Assembly (NCBI GenBank): GCA_963843375.1
Contig: CAWJKT010000011.1
Span: 256,001-320,000, forward strand
From: an uncultured Pseudomonadota bacterium
GTDB lineage: Bacteria > Oederibacteriota > Muellerivitia > Muellerivitales > Muellerivitaceae
Direction: 5' to 3'
Length of the DNA stretch: 64,000 bases
Positions within the stretch are counted from its first letter, which is position 1, and each line of letters starts with the position of its first letter. The position numbers were made by a program, and so were the translations under genes. The notes beneath the pieces were generated by a model, which saw only the letters and a list, made by a program, of their open reading frames with translations, had not been told where the DNA came from and ran no database searches. Positions 52,001-60,619 of the stretch are shown here, piece by piece.

Positions 52001-52570
52001 ACCACCAGTTTCATCGGATCAACCGCCACCATTAATTTCAGCAATATCATTCCTCCCAGTAACGGGGCGGTCACTTACCAGGTAGTGGTGAATTTCTCGA
52101 ATAGCGCGGCGACAGGGAACTACACATTCAGCGTGACAGGCGGGGCAGGGACCAATGGCCAGGCAGTCCTTTTTGCCAATATGCCCGTACCCGGATCGGT
52201 CGTTACTATCGTGATGGCGACACCTTCGAATACTCCCGCGGCAGCCACATCCACCATCACTTCAACCGCCACCCCTACGGCTACCTCCACGGGTCACCTG
52301 GGCGTCGTGGTTTATCCCAACCCGGTAACGGGGTCGACGGTAAGTGTGCTTCCGCCGGCATATTCAGGAGTTTCGGATGTTCAGGTGGAGATTTTCACCA
52401 TAGCCTTCCGGGAAGTTCAGGAGGAGTTCTTCCGGAACGTGCCGTCGGGTAAGGCGGTAACGCTGGAGTTAACCGATAAATCGGGAACTCCTTTGGCGGA
52501 TGGGATCTATTACATCGTCGTCATCGTCGATGGACACCGCTCCATCGGAAAAATGCTCATCATCCGTTGA
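49010..52570 (+). CDS. Clan GH-A hydrolase (GH51/GH79-like, arabinofuranosidase-like) + Thr stalk + beta domain + CTD
   Basis: IRWPGGSEAD, YWEVGNETYG.WE, FLIIHNYP, FMTEYNS; family assignment tentative. Confidence 0.7.
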   Translation: MEKMRILKVIFSALIILFILANLSYLYAQATIAVNAGTTIVTIPNTIYGNNAQYYNAANNGTNATYNTAMQVSGCHNIRWPGGSEADIVNWNNLVCEDTGAATTPQFITFLQTIGGTMQPIVNFSGYWCSGGAGSGTSTQYTSAEAVSLAEAWVTWNMSNTGSAKATYWEVGNETYGTWEQGGGISGTDYGVTFATYYTGMKAIDPTIQIGAVASPGATDYNDWTSEMLTAAKAGGVVPDFLIIHNYPVTAGAPAGQATDSYILSYPATVATQTASLNSIVSSALGSSYVGQVKYFMTEYNSTLGPDAQTDEYVNAMFVSEWILNCAENGWIGANLWASLNGGSPDYGFLNATTYAPYPDYYVFPMLTEKFGNSMVTCSSSVTTVNAHAAINTAGDLTLYLVNNSPTATMATTITVAGFTPSSSGQAWVMLPSGTSSSGAPQEVPSISINGTVNPAPSNIASIAGVAQTTGSTFTVSLQPSEMDMIVIPGTSSTGSTSTPTETPTVTPTNTPTKTATATATNSPTATRTNTATNTATSSATKTATPTMTNTVTNTTTVTASSTPTSSPTATRTNTATNTATSSATKTATPTMTNTVTNTTTVTASSTPTSSPTATRTNTVTNTTTSSPTRTPTTTATNTVVNTLTSTPSSTATGTATTTRTNTVTNTTTFSPTDTTTATATNTTANTATQTPTATPTNTLANTATDTPTTTASNTVTKTTTSTPTNTLANTATQTATATPTNTLANTTTDTPTTTASNTVTKTTTSTPTNTLANTATQTVTSTPSNTVVNTPSNTTTQTTTFTPTNTLADTATQTPTATPTNTLADSATNTPTATASNTVTKTTTSTPTNTLANTATQTVTSTPSNTVVNTSTSTPTATASNTATKTTTSTTTLTPTETLTNTLTHTTTSTATTTVTFTITPTATPTAVTVQASQGSNPPSNSTQVAGASGVTIQQIQLTNPGNNPVTLSSLTLTEAGTSPTGITSVSLVDDGTIISTTSFIGSTATINFSNIIPPSNGAVTYQVVVNFSNSAATGNYTFSVTGGAGTNGQAVLFANMPVPGSVVTIVMATPSNTPAAATSTITSTATPTATSTGHLGVVVYPNPVTGSTVSVLPPAYSGVSDVQVEIFTIAFREVQEEFFRNVPSGKAVTLELTDKSGTPLADGIYYIVVIVDGHRSIGKMLIIR

Positions 52571-52572
52571 GG
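50528..52572 (+). repeat. Direct repeat copy 1 (stalk + beta domain + CTD coding region)
   Basis: Matches 56131-58175 at offset 5603; appears identical by eye from ~50936 to the stop codon. Confidence 0.95.
50585..50848 (+). repeat. Exact tandem repeat, 2 x 132 bp (44 aa), in the stalk
   Basis: GCCACTCGCACG at 50585 and 50717; next unit begins at 50849. Confidence 0.93.
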
Positions 52573-52653
52573 TTTTTATACTGCATTATTTGATTTAGAT
52601 GGCTAGGACGTTTTTAAGTTCATGGTTCGACCGAAGCGTGTTAATTTGATTTT

Positions 52654-54460
52654 ATGCCGCTTCGAACTTCGGAAATTAAAGCCCACTTTGAAGGCCTTTT
52701 AGAATACGAGGCCTTTCTTTCCATCTTAAAATATTATGTTGACCTGAACTGTTTCGTCGTGCCCCCTACGGATTCGAAGGATATATGGGCGGCGGTATAC
52801 CATCATCAACGATTAGAATCTCTTTTCGATTTCGAAAAAAAATATAACTTTGTCCGTAACTGGGACCTTTTGACGGATAACGTTTTTGAAAACAAAAACA
52901 AGGGTAAACCCCTTCTTGTAGAGAATCTGGGATTTTATGATATTTTCACGCCGATTCGTAAAAAGGGAAAGCGGCTGGGAACCCTATTGTCTGGGGCATT
53001 CGCCGATAAAGAATTGACCTATCCTCACTTGCGGGAAAGTTGGAACCGGTTGACCGGTCAAACCGCTTCTCCCGAAAATACGGAGTTTCGTGAATTCGTC
53101 AGGGTGATGCTGGAAATTCCAGTTCTCGAGGGAGGGGTTCTATTAGCCTATCAGGAAGCCCTTGAAATCTTCGCCAACATTTTAACCCACGAAGAAAACA
53201 GGCAAGCCCAAAAGCGGATTCGGGAATTAATCGTAAATGTTTTTTCCAAGAACATTCCCCACAGTTTTTGGATGAGCTGGGTATTGGGGCTTCCCACGCG
53301 CCAGACCACACCGACTTGGAACATAAAGGTTCAGAACCTTGACTGGGTACGGTCTGAAATCGGTATTACTCGAGTTCCAACCACCGTCATTACGGCCATT
53401 CCAGTGAAACCCACGGAACGCAAAACCGATTCTATTGAAGAGATGATCCGTATTTACCGGTTCCAACGCCGAAGTTTTTCTTTCGCCCGAAACCTTCCCC
53501 AAACGGTTGGGGGAAAGCTTGAAAACTACGGGGCGGTTTTCGTCGATTTCCCCGGACCCCGAAAAGAGCCGGCCTCAGCGCCGTCAACAAGTCCTGGAAG
53601 CGGCGGAACGCATTCATCAATTCTCCGAAGATATATTGGGCGGTCCAGCCTTGGTTGGAATCGGAGAAACGGTCGCGCCCGGGGAACTCTTAAAGGAATC
53701 TCACCGCCAGGCGGTACTGGCCCTCCACCTCGGGCGTCTATCCGGAAAGAAACTGGTTTTTTTTAGCCTTTCCCGGGATGAAAAAACAGAAGGTCTGTTG
53801 AAATTGAGGAAGCTCTTACTGGGGTTGAGGCGGCAAATTGAGACGGCTTCATTTTCGGGAGTGGAATCAGTCCTTGATGAGTATCTCCACGAAGTACTAA
53901 CCCTTTCCTTTCAAAATCCCGAGGAAATACGCTGGCATTTGCAATATGGGATTATTCATTTGGTGGAAGCCATGAAAAATCTAACCGACCTAGGCGAAAA
54001 AGAAACGCGTGTTTTTTATGAAAGTCTTGCGCTTTCGCTGGATGGAACTGGAACCACTCAAGAAATGGTTTTGGCTTTCAAGGAAGCGATGGAAAAATTT
54101 TTGAAGTTGACGCATGGCAAAGGCTCGCTGGCGGAAAACTATTCTATCGAGAAGATAAAGGATTATGTCGACAGGCATTTTGAGGAGCACTTGCGGATAT
54201 CAAGGCTTGCTGGGATGGCGAAGATTTCTATTTCTACCCTCAGCCGCCGTTTTAAAAAAAGTACGGGAATGGGATTGGAAATCTATCTCCAAAATCTGCG
54301 ACTGGAGAAAGCGCGCCGGTTGTTAAAAACCGGAGGTCTTCCCGTGTCCCAAATCGCGAAAGCTTGCGGGTTTGGGTCGAGTTCCTATTTCATCCGTTTG
54401 TTCCGTAGAAAAACAGGAATTTCACCCCAAAAATTCCGTCAAAACCCTAAAAAGGTTTGA
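52654..54460 (+). CDS. AraC family regulator with large N-terminal (PocR-like) sensor region, frameshift near 53547
   Basis: C-terminal YLQNLRLEKARRLL..VSQIAKACGF.SSSYF.RLFRR.TG.SP..FR; the two ORFs join at GAVFV / SPDP. Confidence 0.87.
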
Positions 54461-54476
54461 ACGAAAAACTTTTTCG

Positions 54477-54492
54477 CTTAAACCGGTTACAT
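54477..54492. promoter_or_regulatory. LacI-type operator candidate
   Basis: CTTAAACCGGTTACAT; shares the 15-mer AAACCGGTTACATTG with 48901-48915. Confidence 0.55.
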
Positions 54493-54696
54493 TGGGTATG
54501 TGAAATAAAAGTCAATTTTTTTGACCTTATGGTACTATTGATTTCGGTCTCTTTCCTTGTGAAGACCTACTTTTAGCGGTATGTTTTTGTCACAAAGATA
54601 AACGACCCTTCGGCTTTCGAAAAAAGCGCTTTTTATACGCGGAGTAAAGTTTTTCCTTAACCTGATTTAAATCGTTATAGGTGAGTTTTTGGAGGG

Positions 54697-57600
54697 ATGG
54701 GCGGGCATAATTGTCGTTTGGCCCGATTGAGGAATAAATTGATGTGCTTTTTAAGAAAAATTAAAATTTGGTTTTTCATTGCGAGCTTATTCGGTCTTGC
54801 TTTTTCAGCTTCAGCCCAAACCGCAACCATCAATGCCAACACCACAAACCAATTCATCCGTGGTTTTGGGGCTTCCAGCGCTTGGCATACCGGCGCCTAC
54901 ACCGCCGCTCAAGCTACGATTTTTTGGGACGATACCACCATGAATGGAAACAACCCCGCAGGAATCGGGTTGTCCATGCTGCGTTGCCGAATCCCGCCCG
55001 ATAATCCCACCACTGGCAATTCGACCAGTGGAAGTGACATCACCGATACAGGGGAAATAGCCGTTATGAACCAGGCCAAAGGCATGGGCCTTAGCCAGAT
55101 TTGGGCCACTGAATGGTCTGTCCCCGCTGTTTGGAAAAGTAATGACAGTTTGGATAACGGCGGAACCATTGAAGCGGCTGATTATCCCAATTACGCCAAG
55201 TACCTTCTTGATTATGTTAATTATTGTCAGAGTCAAGGCGTCACATTAATGTGCGTTTCGGCACAAAACGAACCTGATCAGAATGTCACCTATGAATCCG
55301 GAATCTGGACAGGGCAGGTTTTTCACGATTTCATTTCGGAAGATGAAGGAGCGGAATTTAAGGGCAATGCCACTAAAATCATGATGCCGGAGCCTTCCAA
55401 AAACGATCTTTTGACTGGGGGTTGCACCGGGGATGGAGACGCAACTTGTTCCTTAAGTGATGCCGCTGCCGCCACCTATATTTCTTTTATTGGCACTCAC
55501 CTTTATGGTTCAGGACCTTTGGCCTTCGCTGACACCCAAGAAAATGCCCCAACAGGCGTAACAAGAGAATATTGGGAAACCGAGATGATGGACTACAACG
55601 GAGGGGCGGCTTCCGATGATTCGATGACGGATGGTCTCGCTACGGCGACTTTAATCCAAAACTCCATGAGTGTCAGCATGAATGCTTATCATTACTGGTG
55701 GCTGGAATGTGAAAACAGCAATACGAACCAAGGACTAATCGATTACGATGGAACGACCGTTCCCCAAAGAACTTGGTGCATGGGCAATTTCAGTCGGTTT
55801 ATCCGTCCGGGCTATTACCGGATGGGCGGCACCATTACTTCTTTAGCGAACGTTTCAATTACAGCTTATAAGGATAATGTCGGGACGCCTGTGACCTTCG
55901 TTATCGTGGCAATCAACTCGGGAAATTCTGCCGCCAACCAAACCTTTACATTAAGTGGGATTACTACCACCTCAGTAACGCCCTGGCTGACCGATTCCAG
56001 TAACAACCTTACTCAACAAACCGCGGTAGCTGTTTCGGGAGGAAGTTTCACCTATTCCATGCCGGTTTCCAGTGTCGTGAGTTTTGTAGGGGTTAACAGC
56101 GCTACCGGCTCAACCAACACCTTCACCCCGACCCCCACCAACACGCCGACGAAAACAGCGACGGCTACAGCGACGAACAGTCCGACAGCCACTCGCACGA
56201 ACACCGCCACGAATACGGCCACCTCCAGCGCCACGAAGACGGCTACACCCACAATGACTAACACTGTGACCAATACAACCACCGTTACGGCCAGTTCGAC
56301 TCCGACTTCCAGCCCTACCGCCACACGAACGAATACCGTGACGAACACGACTACTTCCAGTCCAACAAGGACCCCCACGACGACCGCGACCAATACGGTG
56401 GTCAACACTTTGACGTCAACGCCGTCCAGTACGGCTACAAGCACGGCGACTACCACAAGGACAAATACCGTGACGAACACGACTACTTTCAGTCCAACGA
56501 GCACCCCCACTCCCACCGCAACCAATACAGTGGTAAATACTTTGACGTCAACGCCGTCCAGTACAGCTACAGGCACGGCGACTACCACAAGGACAAATAC
56601 CGTGACGAATACGACTACTTTCAGCCCAACGGACACCACTACGGCTACCGCGACCAACACGACGGCGAATACGGCGACTCAAACTCCCACGGCGACGCCT
56701 ACGAATACCCTGGCTAATACCGCAACCGATACTCCGACTACGACTGCTTCAAACACCGTCACTAAAACGACGACCTCCACCCCTACGAACACCTTGGCGA
56801 ATACGGCGACTCAAACCGCTACGGCGACGCCCACCAATACTTTGGCTAATACCACAACCGACACTCCAACTACGACCGCTTCAAATACCGTGACTAAAAC
56901 AACGACGTCCACCCCCACGAACACCTTGGCGAATACGGCGACTCAAACCGTCACATCAACGCCCAGCAATACCGTGGTTAATACCCCTTCGAACACCACC
57001 ACCCAAACGACGACCTTTACCCCCACGAACACCTTGGCGGATACAGCGACTCAAACTCCCACGGCGACGCCTACGAATACCTTAGCTGATAGCGCAACCA
57101 ATACACCAACCGCAACCGCTTCGAATACCGTCACTAAAACGACGACCTCCACCCCCACGAACACTTTGGCGAATACGGCGACTCAAACCGTCACATCAAC
57201 GCCCAGCAATACCGTGGTTAATACCTCAACCTCCACTCCAACCGCTACCGCTTCGAACACCGCCACCAAAACAACGACTTCAACCACTACGTTAACTCCC
57301 ACTGAAACATTGACGAATACCCTGACTCATACGACAACCTCCACGGCTACCACTACCGTTACTTTCACGATCACGCCGACCGCCACTCCAACGGCGGTGA
57401 CAGTACAGGCTTCACAAGGATCGAACCCTCCCTCGAATTCCACTCAAGTGGCGGGAGCTTCCGGCGTGACCATACAGCAGATTCAGTTAACCAATCCGGG
57501 CAATAATCCAGTTACCTTGAGCAGTTTGACTCTTACGGAAGCAGGGACTTCGCCCACGGGAATCACTTCCGTATCGCTTGTGGACGATGGGACGATTATT

Positions 57601-58173
57601 TCCACCACCAGTTTCATCGGATCAACCGCCACCATTAATTTCAGCAATATCATTCCTCCCAGTAACGGGGCGGTCACTTACCAGGTAGTGGTGAATTTCT
57701 CGAATAGCGCGGCGACAGGGAACTACACATTCAGCGTGACAGGCGGGGCAGGGACCAATGGCCAGGCAGTCCTTTTTGCCAATATGCCCGTACCCGGATC
57801 GGTCGTTACTATCGTGATGGCGACACCTTCGAATACTCCCGCGGCAGCCACATCCACCATCACTTCAACCGCCACCCCTACGGCTACCTCCACGGGTCAC
57901 CTGGGCGTCGTGGTTTATCCCAACCCGGTAACGGGGTCGACGGTAAGTGTGCTTCCGCCGGCATATTCAGGAGTTTCGGATGTTCAGGTGGAGATTTTCA
58001 CCATAGCCTTCCGGGAAGTTCAGGAGGAGTTCTTCCGGAACGTGCCGTCGGGTAAGGCGGTAACGCTGGAGTTAACCGATAAATCGGGAACTCCTTTGGC
58101 GGATGGGATCTATTACATCGTCGTCATCGTCGATGGACACCGCTCCATCGGAAAAATGCTCATCATCCGTTGA
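54697..58173 (+). CDS. GH30 (xylanase-like) + Thr stalk + beta domain + CTD (alternative start ATG 54742)
   Basis: QFIRGFGAS, GIGLSMLR, SAQNEPD, GTHLYG, WETE, NAYHYWW, GNFSRFIRPGY. Confidence 0.9.
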   Translation: MGGHNCRLARLRNKLMCFLRKIKIWFFIASLFGLAFSASAQTATINANTTNQFIRGFGASSAWHTGAYTAAQATIFWDDTTMNGNNPAGIGLSMLRCRIPPDNPTTGNSTSGSDITDTGEIAVMNQAKGMGLSQIWATEWSVPAVWKSNDSLDNGGTIEAADYPNYAKYLLDYVNYCQSQGVTLMCVSAQNEPDQNVTYESGIWTGQVFHDFISEDEGAEFKGNATKIMMPEPSKNDLLTGGCTGDGDATCSLSDAAAATYISFIGTHLYGSGPLAFADTQENAPTGVTREYWETEMMDYNGGAASDDSMTDGLATATLIQNSMSVSMNAYHYWWLECENSNTNQGLIDYDGTTVPQRTWCMGNFSRFIRPGYYRMGGTITSLANVSITAYKDNVGTPVTFVIVAINSGNSAANQTFTLSGITTTSVTPWLTDSSNNLTQQTAVAVSGGSFTYSMPVSSVVSFVGVNSATGSTNTFTPTPTNTPTKTATATATNSPTATRTNTATNTATSSATKTATPTMTNTVTNTTTVTASSTPTSSPTATRTNTVTNTTTSSPTRTPTTTATNTVVNTLTSTPSSTATSTATTTRTNTVTNTTTFSPTSTPTPTATNTVVNTLTSTPSSTATGTATTTRTNTVTNTTTFSPTDTTTATATNTTANTATQTPTATPTNTLANTATDTPTTTASNTVTKTTTSTPTNTLANTATQTATATPTNTLANTTTDTPTTTASNTVTKTTTSTPTNTLANTATQTVTSTPSNTVVNTPSNTTTQTTTFTPTNTLADTATQTPTATPTNTLADSATNTPTATASNTVTKTTTSTPTNTLANTATQTVTSTPSNTVVNTSTSTPTATASNTATKTTTSTTTLTPTETLTNTLTHTTTSTATTTVTFTITPTATPTAVTVQASQGSNPPSNSTQVAGASGVTIQQIQLTNPGNNPVTLSSLTLTEAGTSPTGITSVSLVDDGTIISTTSFIGSTATINFSNIIPPSNGAVTYQVVVNFSNSAATGNYTFSVTGGAGTNGQAVLFANMPVPGSVVTIVMATPSNTPAAATSTITSTATPTATSTGHLGVVVYPNPVTGSTVSVLPPAYSGVSDVQVEIFTIAFREVQEEFFRNVPSGKAVTLELTDKSGTPLADGIYYIVVIVDGHRSIGKMLIIR

Positions 58174-58175
58174 GG
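56131..58175 (+). repeat. Direct repeat copy 2
   Basis: Matches 50528-52572. Confidence 0.95.
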
Positions 58176-58493
58176 GAAATTCCTTTAAGCCCGATATTCG
58201 AAAAAACAGTCAATTGAGTTTAAGAAAAATCCCTCATTTTGTGGTCTTTTCATTTCCCGGGTCATTTCCGAAGGTTTTACACAATGGATATTTTTGATAT
58301 TTGTTTCCATTTCTCTTAAAAACTTTCATTCAACTCTAACCGCTAGAAAGTTTGAATTGTCGTCTACAATTCGAAAACCTTAAATTAATTTTGTCATCTA
58401 TGAAATCAATATAGTTTTTTCATTAGCAAAAAACTAACGTGAAACTGTTTGAAAAAGAGTCTAATTAGGACACCGCCCATGCCTTCTATCTCC

Positions 58494-58523
58494 TTGACAC
58501 TCCAAAAACTCCTCGTCTAAAAT
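58494..58523 (+). promoter_or_regulatory. Sigma70-type promoter of the respiratory operon
   Basis: TTGACA-18 nt-TAAAAT. Confidence 0.7.
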
Positions 58524-58628
58524 ACGGCTTGTTTTTCAAGCTTTGCCGCCTTTCCACCGCATCAACCGGGTGGAATTTTTTTTGTAAGAGTTCCAATCCT
58601 CCTTAAGAAGAATTACCGGAGTTTTTGA

Positions 58629-59670
58629 ATGACTTCTAGCTGGTTCCATCGATATCGTTTTCTTCTCTCTTCCTCAACTTATTTATTTTTCGGATTCTCC
58701 GTAAAACCTGTCTTCGCCGATGAAGCCTCTTTCGGGGCCTGCGTCCGCCAGTTCGACGATTATCTCCGTCGGGTTGGGTTTGGTTATCCTCCTTTTTGCC
58801 TATGTGGCTTTTCTGACGGTTGGATTCCTACTTAAAACTTTCAAGCAATACCGTCAGGCCAAAAAAGAAGACAAGGCCCATGGCCATGCCGAGTCAAAAC
58901 CCGAAGGCCAAATGGCTTTTTCCCTTGCCGTTATTATTGGAACCTTCTTTGCCGCCACGGCCATAGCCATTTTGTTCTTCGCTTATTTGTTCGCGAATGT
59001 AGGCATGGATATGTCCTCGTCGAAAACGATTGGGGCAATGGTCATCACTTCGGCACTTTTCGCCTTTATCCTTGTTTTTCTTTACCTTATATATTTAACC
59101 GTCGCGGGGTTATTCCGGCATAAGACCGATCTTTCCCATGGGCAGGTTCTCGAGGCTCCCGGAGGAGTGCCCCTCAACCCGGAATTTACCCGTCGTTCTT
59201 TTCTATCCTTATTAGGTTGGGCTTGGGTGGCCTTTACGGCGGCCAGCTTGGGGGCCCTGAGCACCATGTTACGATTCGCTTTTCCCAATGTTACTTTCGA
59301 GCCGCCCCTTAAATTTAAAGCGGGTTTCCCCGTTACTTACAATCCGGGCGTGGATGAACGCTTCAAAGACGCCCACCGAGTTTGGATCGTGCGCAATGAC
59401 CTGGGTTTTTATGCCCTTTCCACCATTTGCACCCATTTGGGCTGCACCCCCAACTGGCTTCAGGCGGAACAAAAATTCAAATGTCCCTGCCACGGGAGCG
59501 GTTATTACATTACGGGGATCAACTTCGAGGGGCCCGCGCCGCGTCCTTTGGAACGGTTCCAAATCACTTTGGCGGATGACGGGCAAATTGAAATAGATGA
59601 AAGTGTCAAATTCCAACAGGAATTAGGCCAATGGGGCCTGCCGGGTTCCTTTTTGGATTATAAAGCCTAG
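58629..59670 (+). CDS. Polytopic Rieske 2Fe-2S subunit; probable frameshift near 58730 (otherwise start 58720)
   Basis: CTHLGC and CPCHGS boxes, GPAPRPL, internal TRRSFL motif, three extra N-terminal TM helices. Confidence 0.9.
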
Positions 59671-59702
59671 TTTTTGCCGTTGAATAAAAGGGGGACAGAC
59701 GA

Positions 59703-60533
59703 ATGCTGGATGATTTGAAAAAAACAATCAAGCAATCGATGGAAAACCGGCCCTCGCCGGAAGCCGTTAAGAAGGCCATCGCCGAAGGGCAGATTTGGAA
59801 ATCGATATTCCGCCACGGCTATCCCGATACGCCCCGCAATCGGATTATGGCCGTCCTTTCCAACGTCTTCCTGCACTTGCATCCCGTCAAGGCACGCCAT
59901 TCGGGGGTCAAAATGAGCTATACCTGGTGCATGGGCGGCTTATCTTTCTTCCTGTTCCTGAACCTGACAGTGACCGGTGTATTGCTCATGTTTTATTACC
60001 GCCCAACGGCCGAATACGCCTATTACGATATCGTCGCCTTGCGGGAGCATGTCCCGTTGGGCATCATGCGCGAGCTTCACCGGTGGGCGGCCCACGCCAT
60101 GGTGATCGCAGTCTGGCTGCATATGTTCCGGGTCTTTATGACCGGTTCCTATAAGCCTCCCCGCGAGTTCAATTGGGTCATCGGAGTGGTTCTCCTTCTT
60201 CTGACCCTGCTTCTTTCTTTCACGGGTTATCTTTTGCCTTGGGACCAGTTGGCCATGTGGGCTATTACGGTTGGTACCAACATGGCCCGCGCCACCCCCT
60301 TCATGGGTTATGAAGGACCCGGAGCTTCCCTTATTCAAATTGGGGGGGTCAAACTGGTCCATGGCGGTTCGGATATCCACTTCGCTCTTTTGGGCGGCCA
60401 CTTCGTCGGGGAACCGACCCTGCTAAGGTTTTACGTGCTTCATTGTGTGTTTATCCCCATTGTCGCTGCGACCCTGATGGCGATCCATTTTTGGCGGGTT
60501 CGCAAAGACGGTGGAATTTCCGGCCCTCTTTGA
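59703..60533 (+). CDS. Cytochrome b N-terminal subunit (b6-like)
   Basis: [60 protein letters not shown]. Confidence 0.95.
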   Translation: MLDDLKKTIKQSMENRPSPEAVKKAIAEGQIWKSIFRHGYPDTPRNRIMAVLSNVFLHLHPVKARHSGVKMSYTWCMGGLSFFLFLNLTVTGVLLMFYYRPTAEYAYYDIVALREHVPLGIMRELHRWAAHAMVIAVWLHMFRVFMTGSYKPPREFNWVIGVVLLLLTLLLSFTGYLLPWDQLAMWAITVGTNMARATPFMGYEGPGASLIQIGGVKLVHGGSDIHFALLGGHFVGEPTLLRFYVLHCVFIPIVAATLMAIHFWRVRKDGGISGPL

Positions 60534-60619
60534 GGACCAAGCTGTAAGTTCTTGTTTTTGAGTTTCAATTTTAAGCTCAAAATAAGAACTAAAAACTTAA
60601 AATTTCATTTCGAGGAACC

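Noticed and set aside
28908..56660. Many Val-rich ORFs opposite the stalks (e.g. 28908-29363, 32689-33939, 50443-51057, 56052-56660; also 15968-16393)
   Set aside because: Antisense shadows of Thr (ACN) codon runs; no independent coding evidence
27550..58173. Cellulosome or classical SusC/D PUL
   Set aside because: No dockerin calcium-loop duplications, cohesins, SLH domains, TonB-dependent receptor or SusD in the window
50528..58175. Direct repeats as IS elements, a composite transposon or a CRISPR array
   Set aside because: The repeats are in-frame coding sequence; no transposase, terminal inverted repeats, spacers or cas genes are seen
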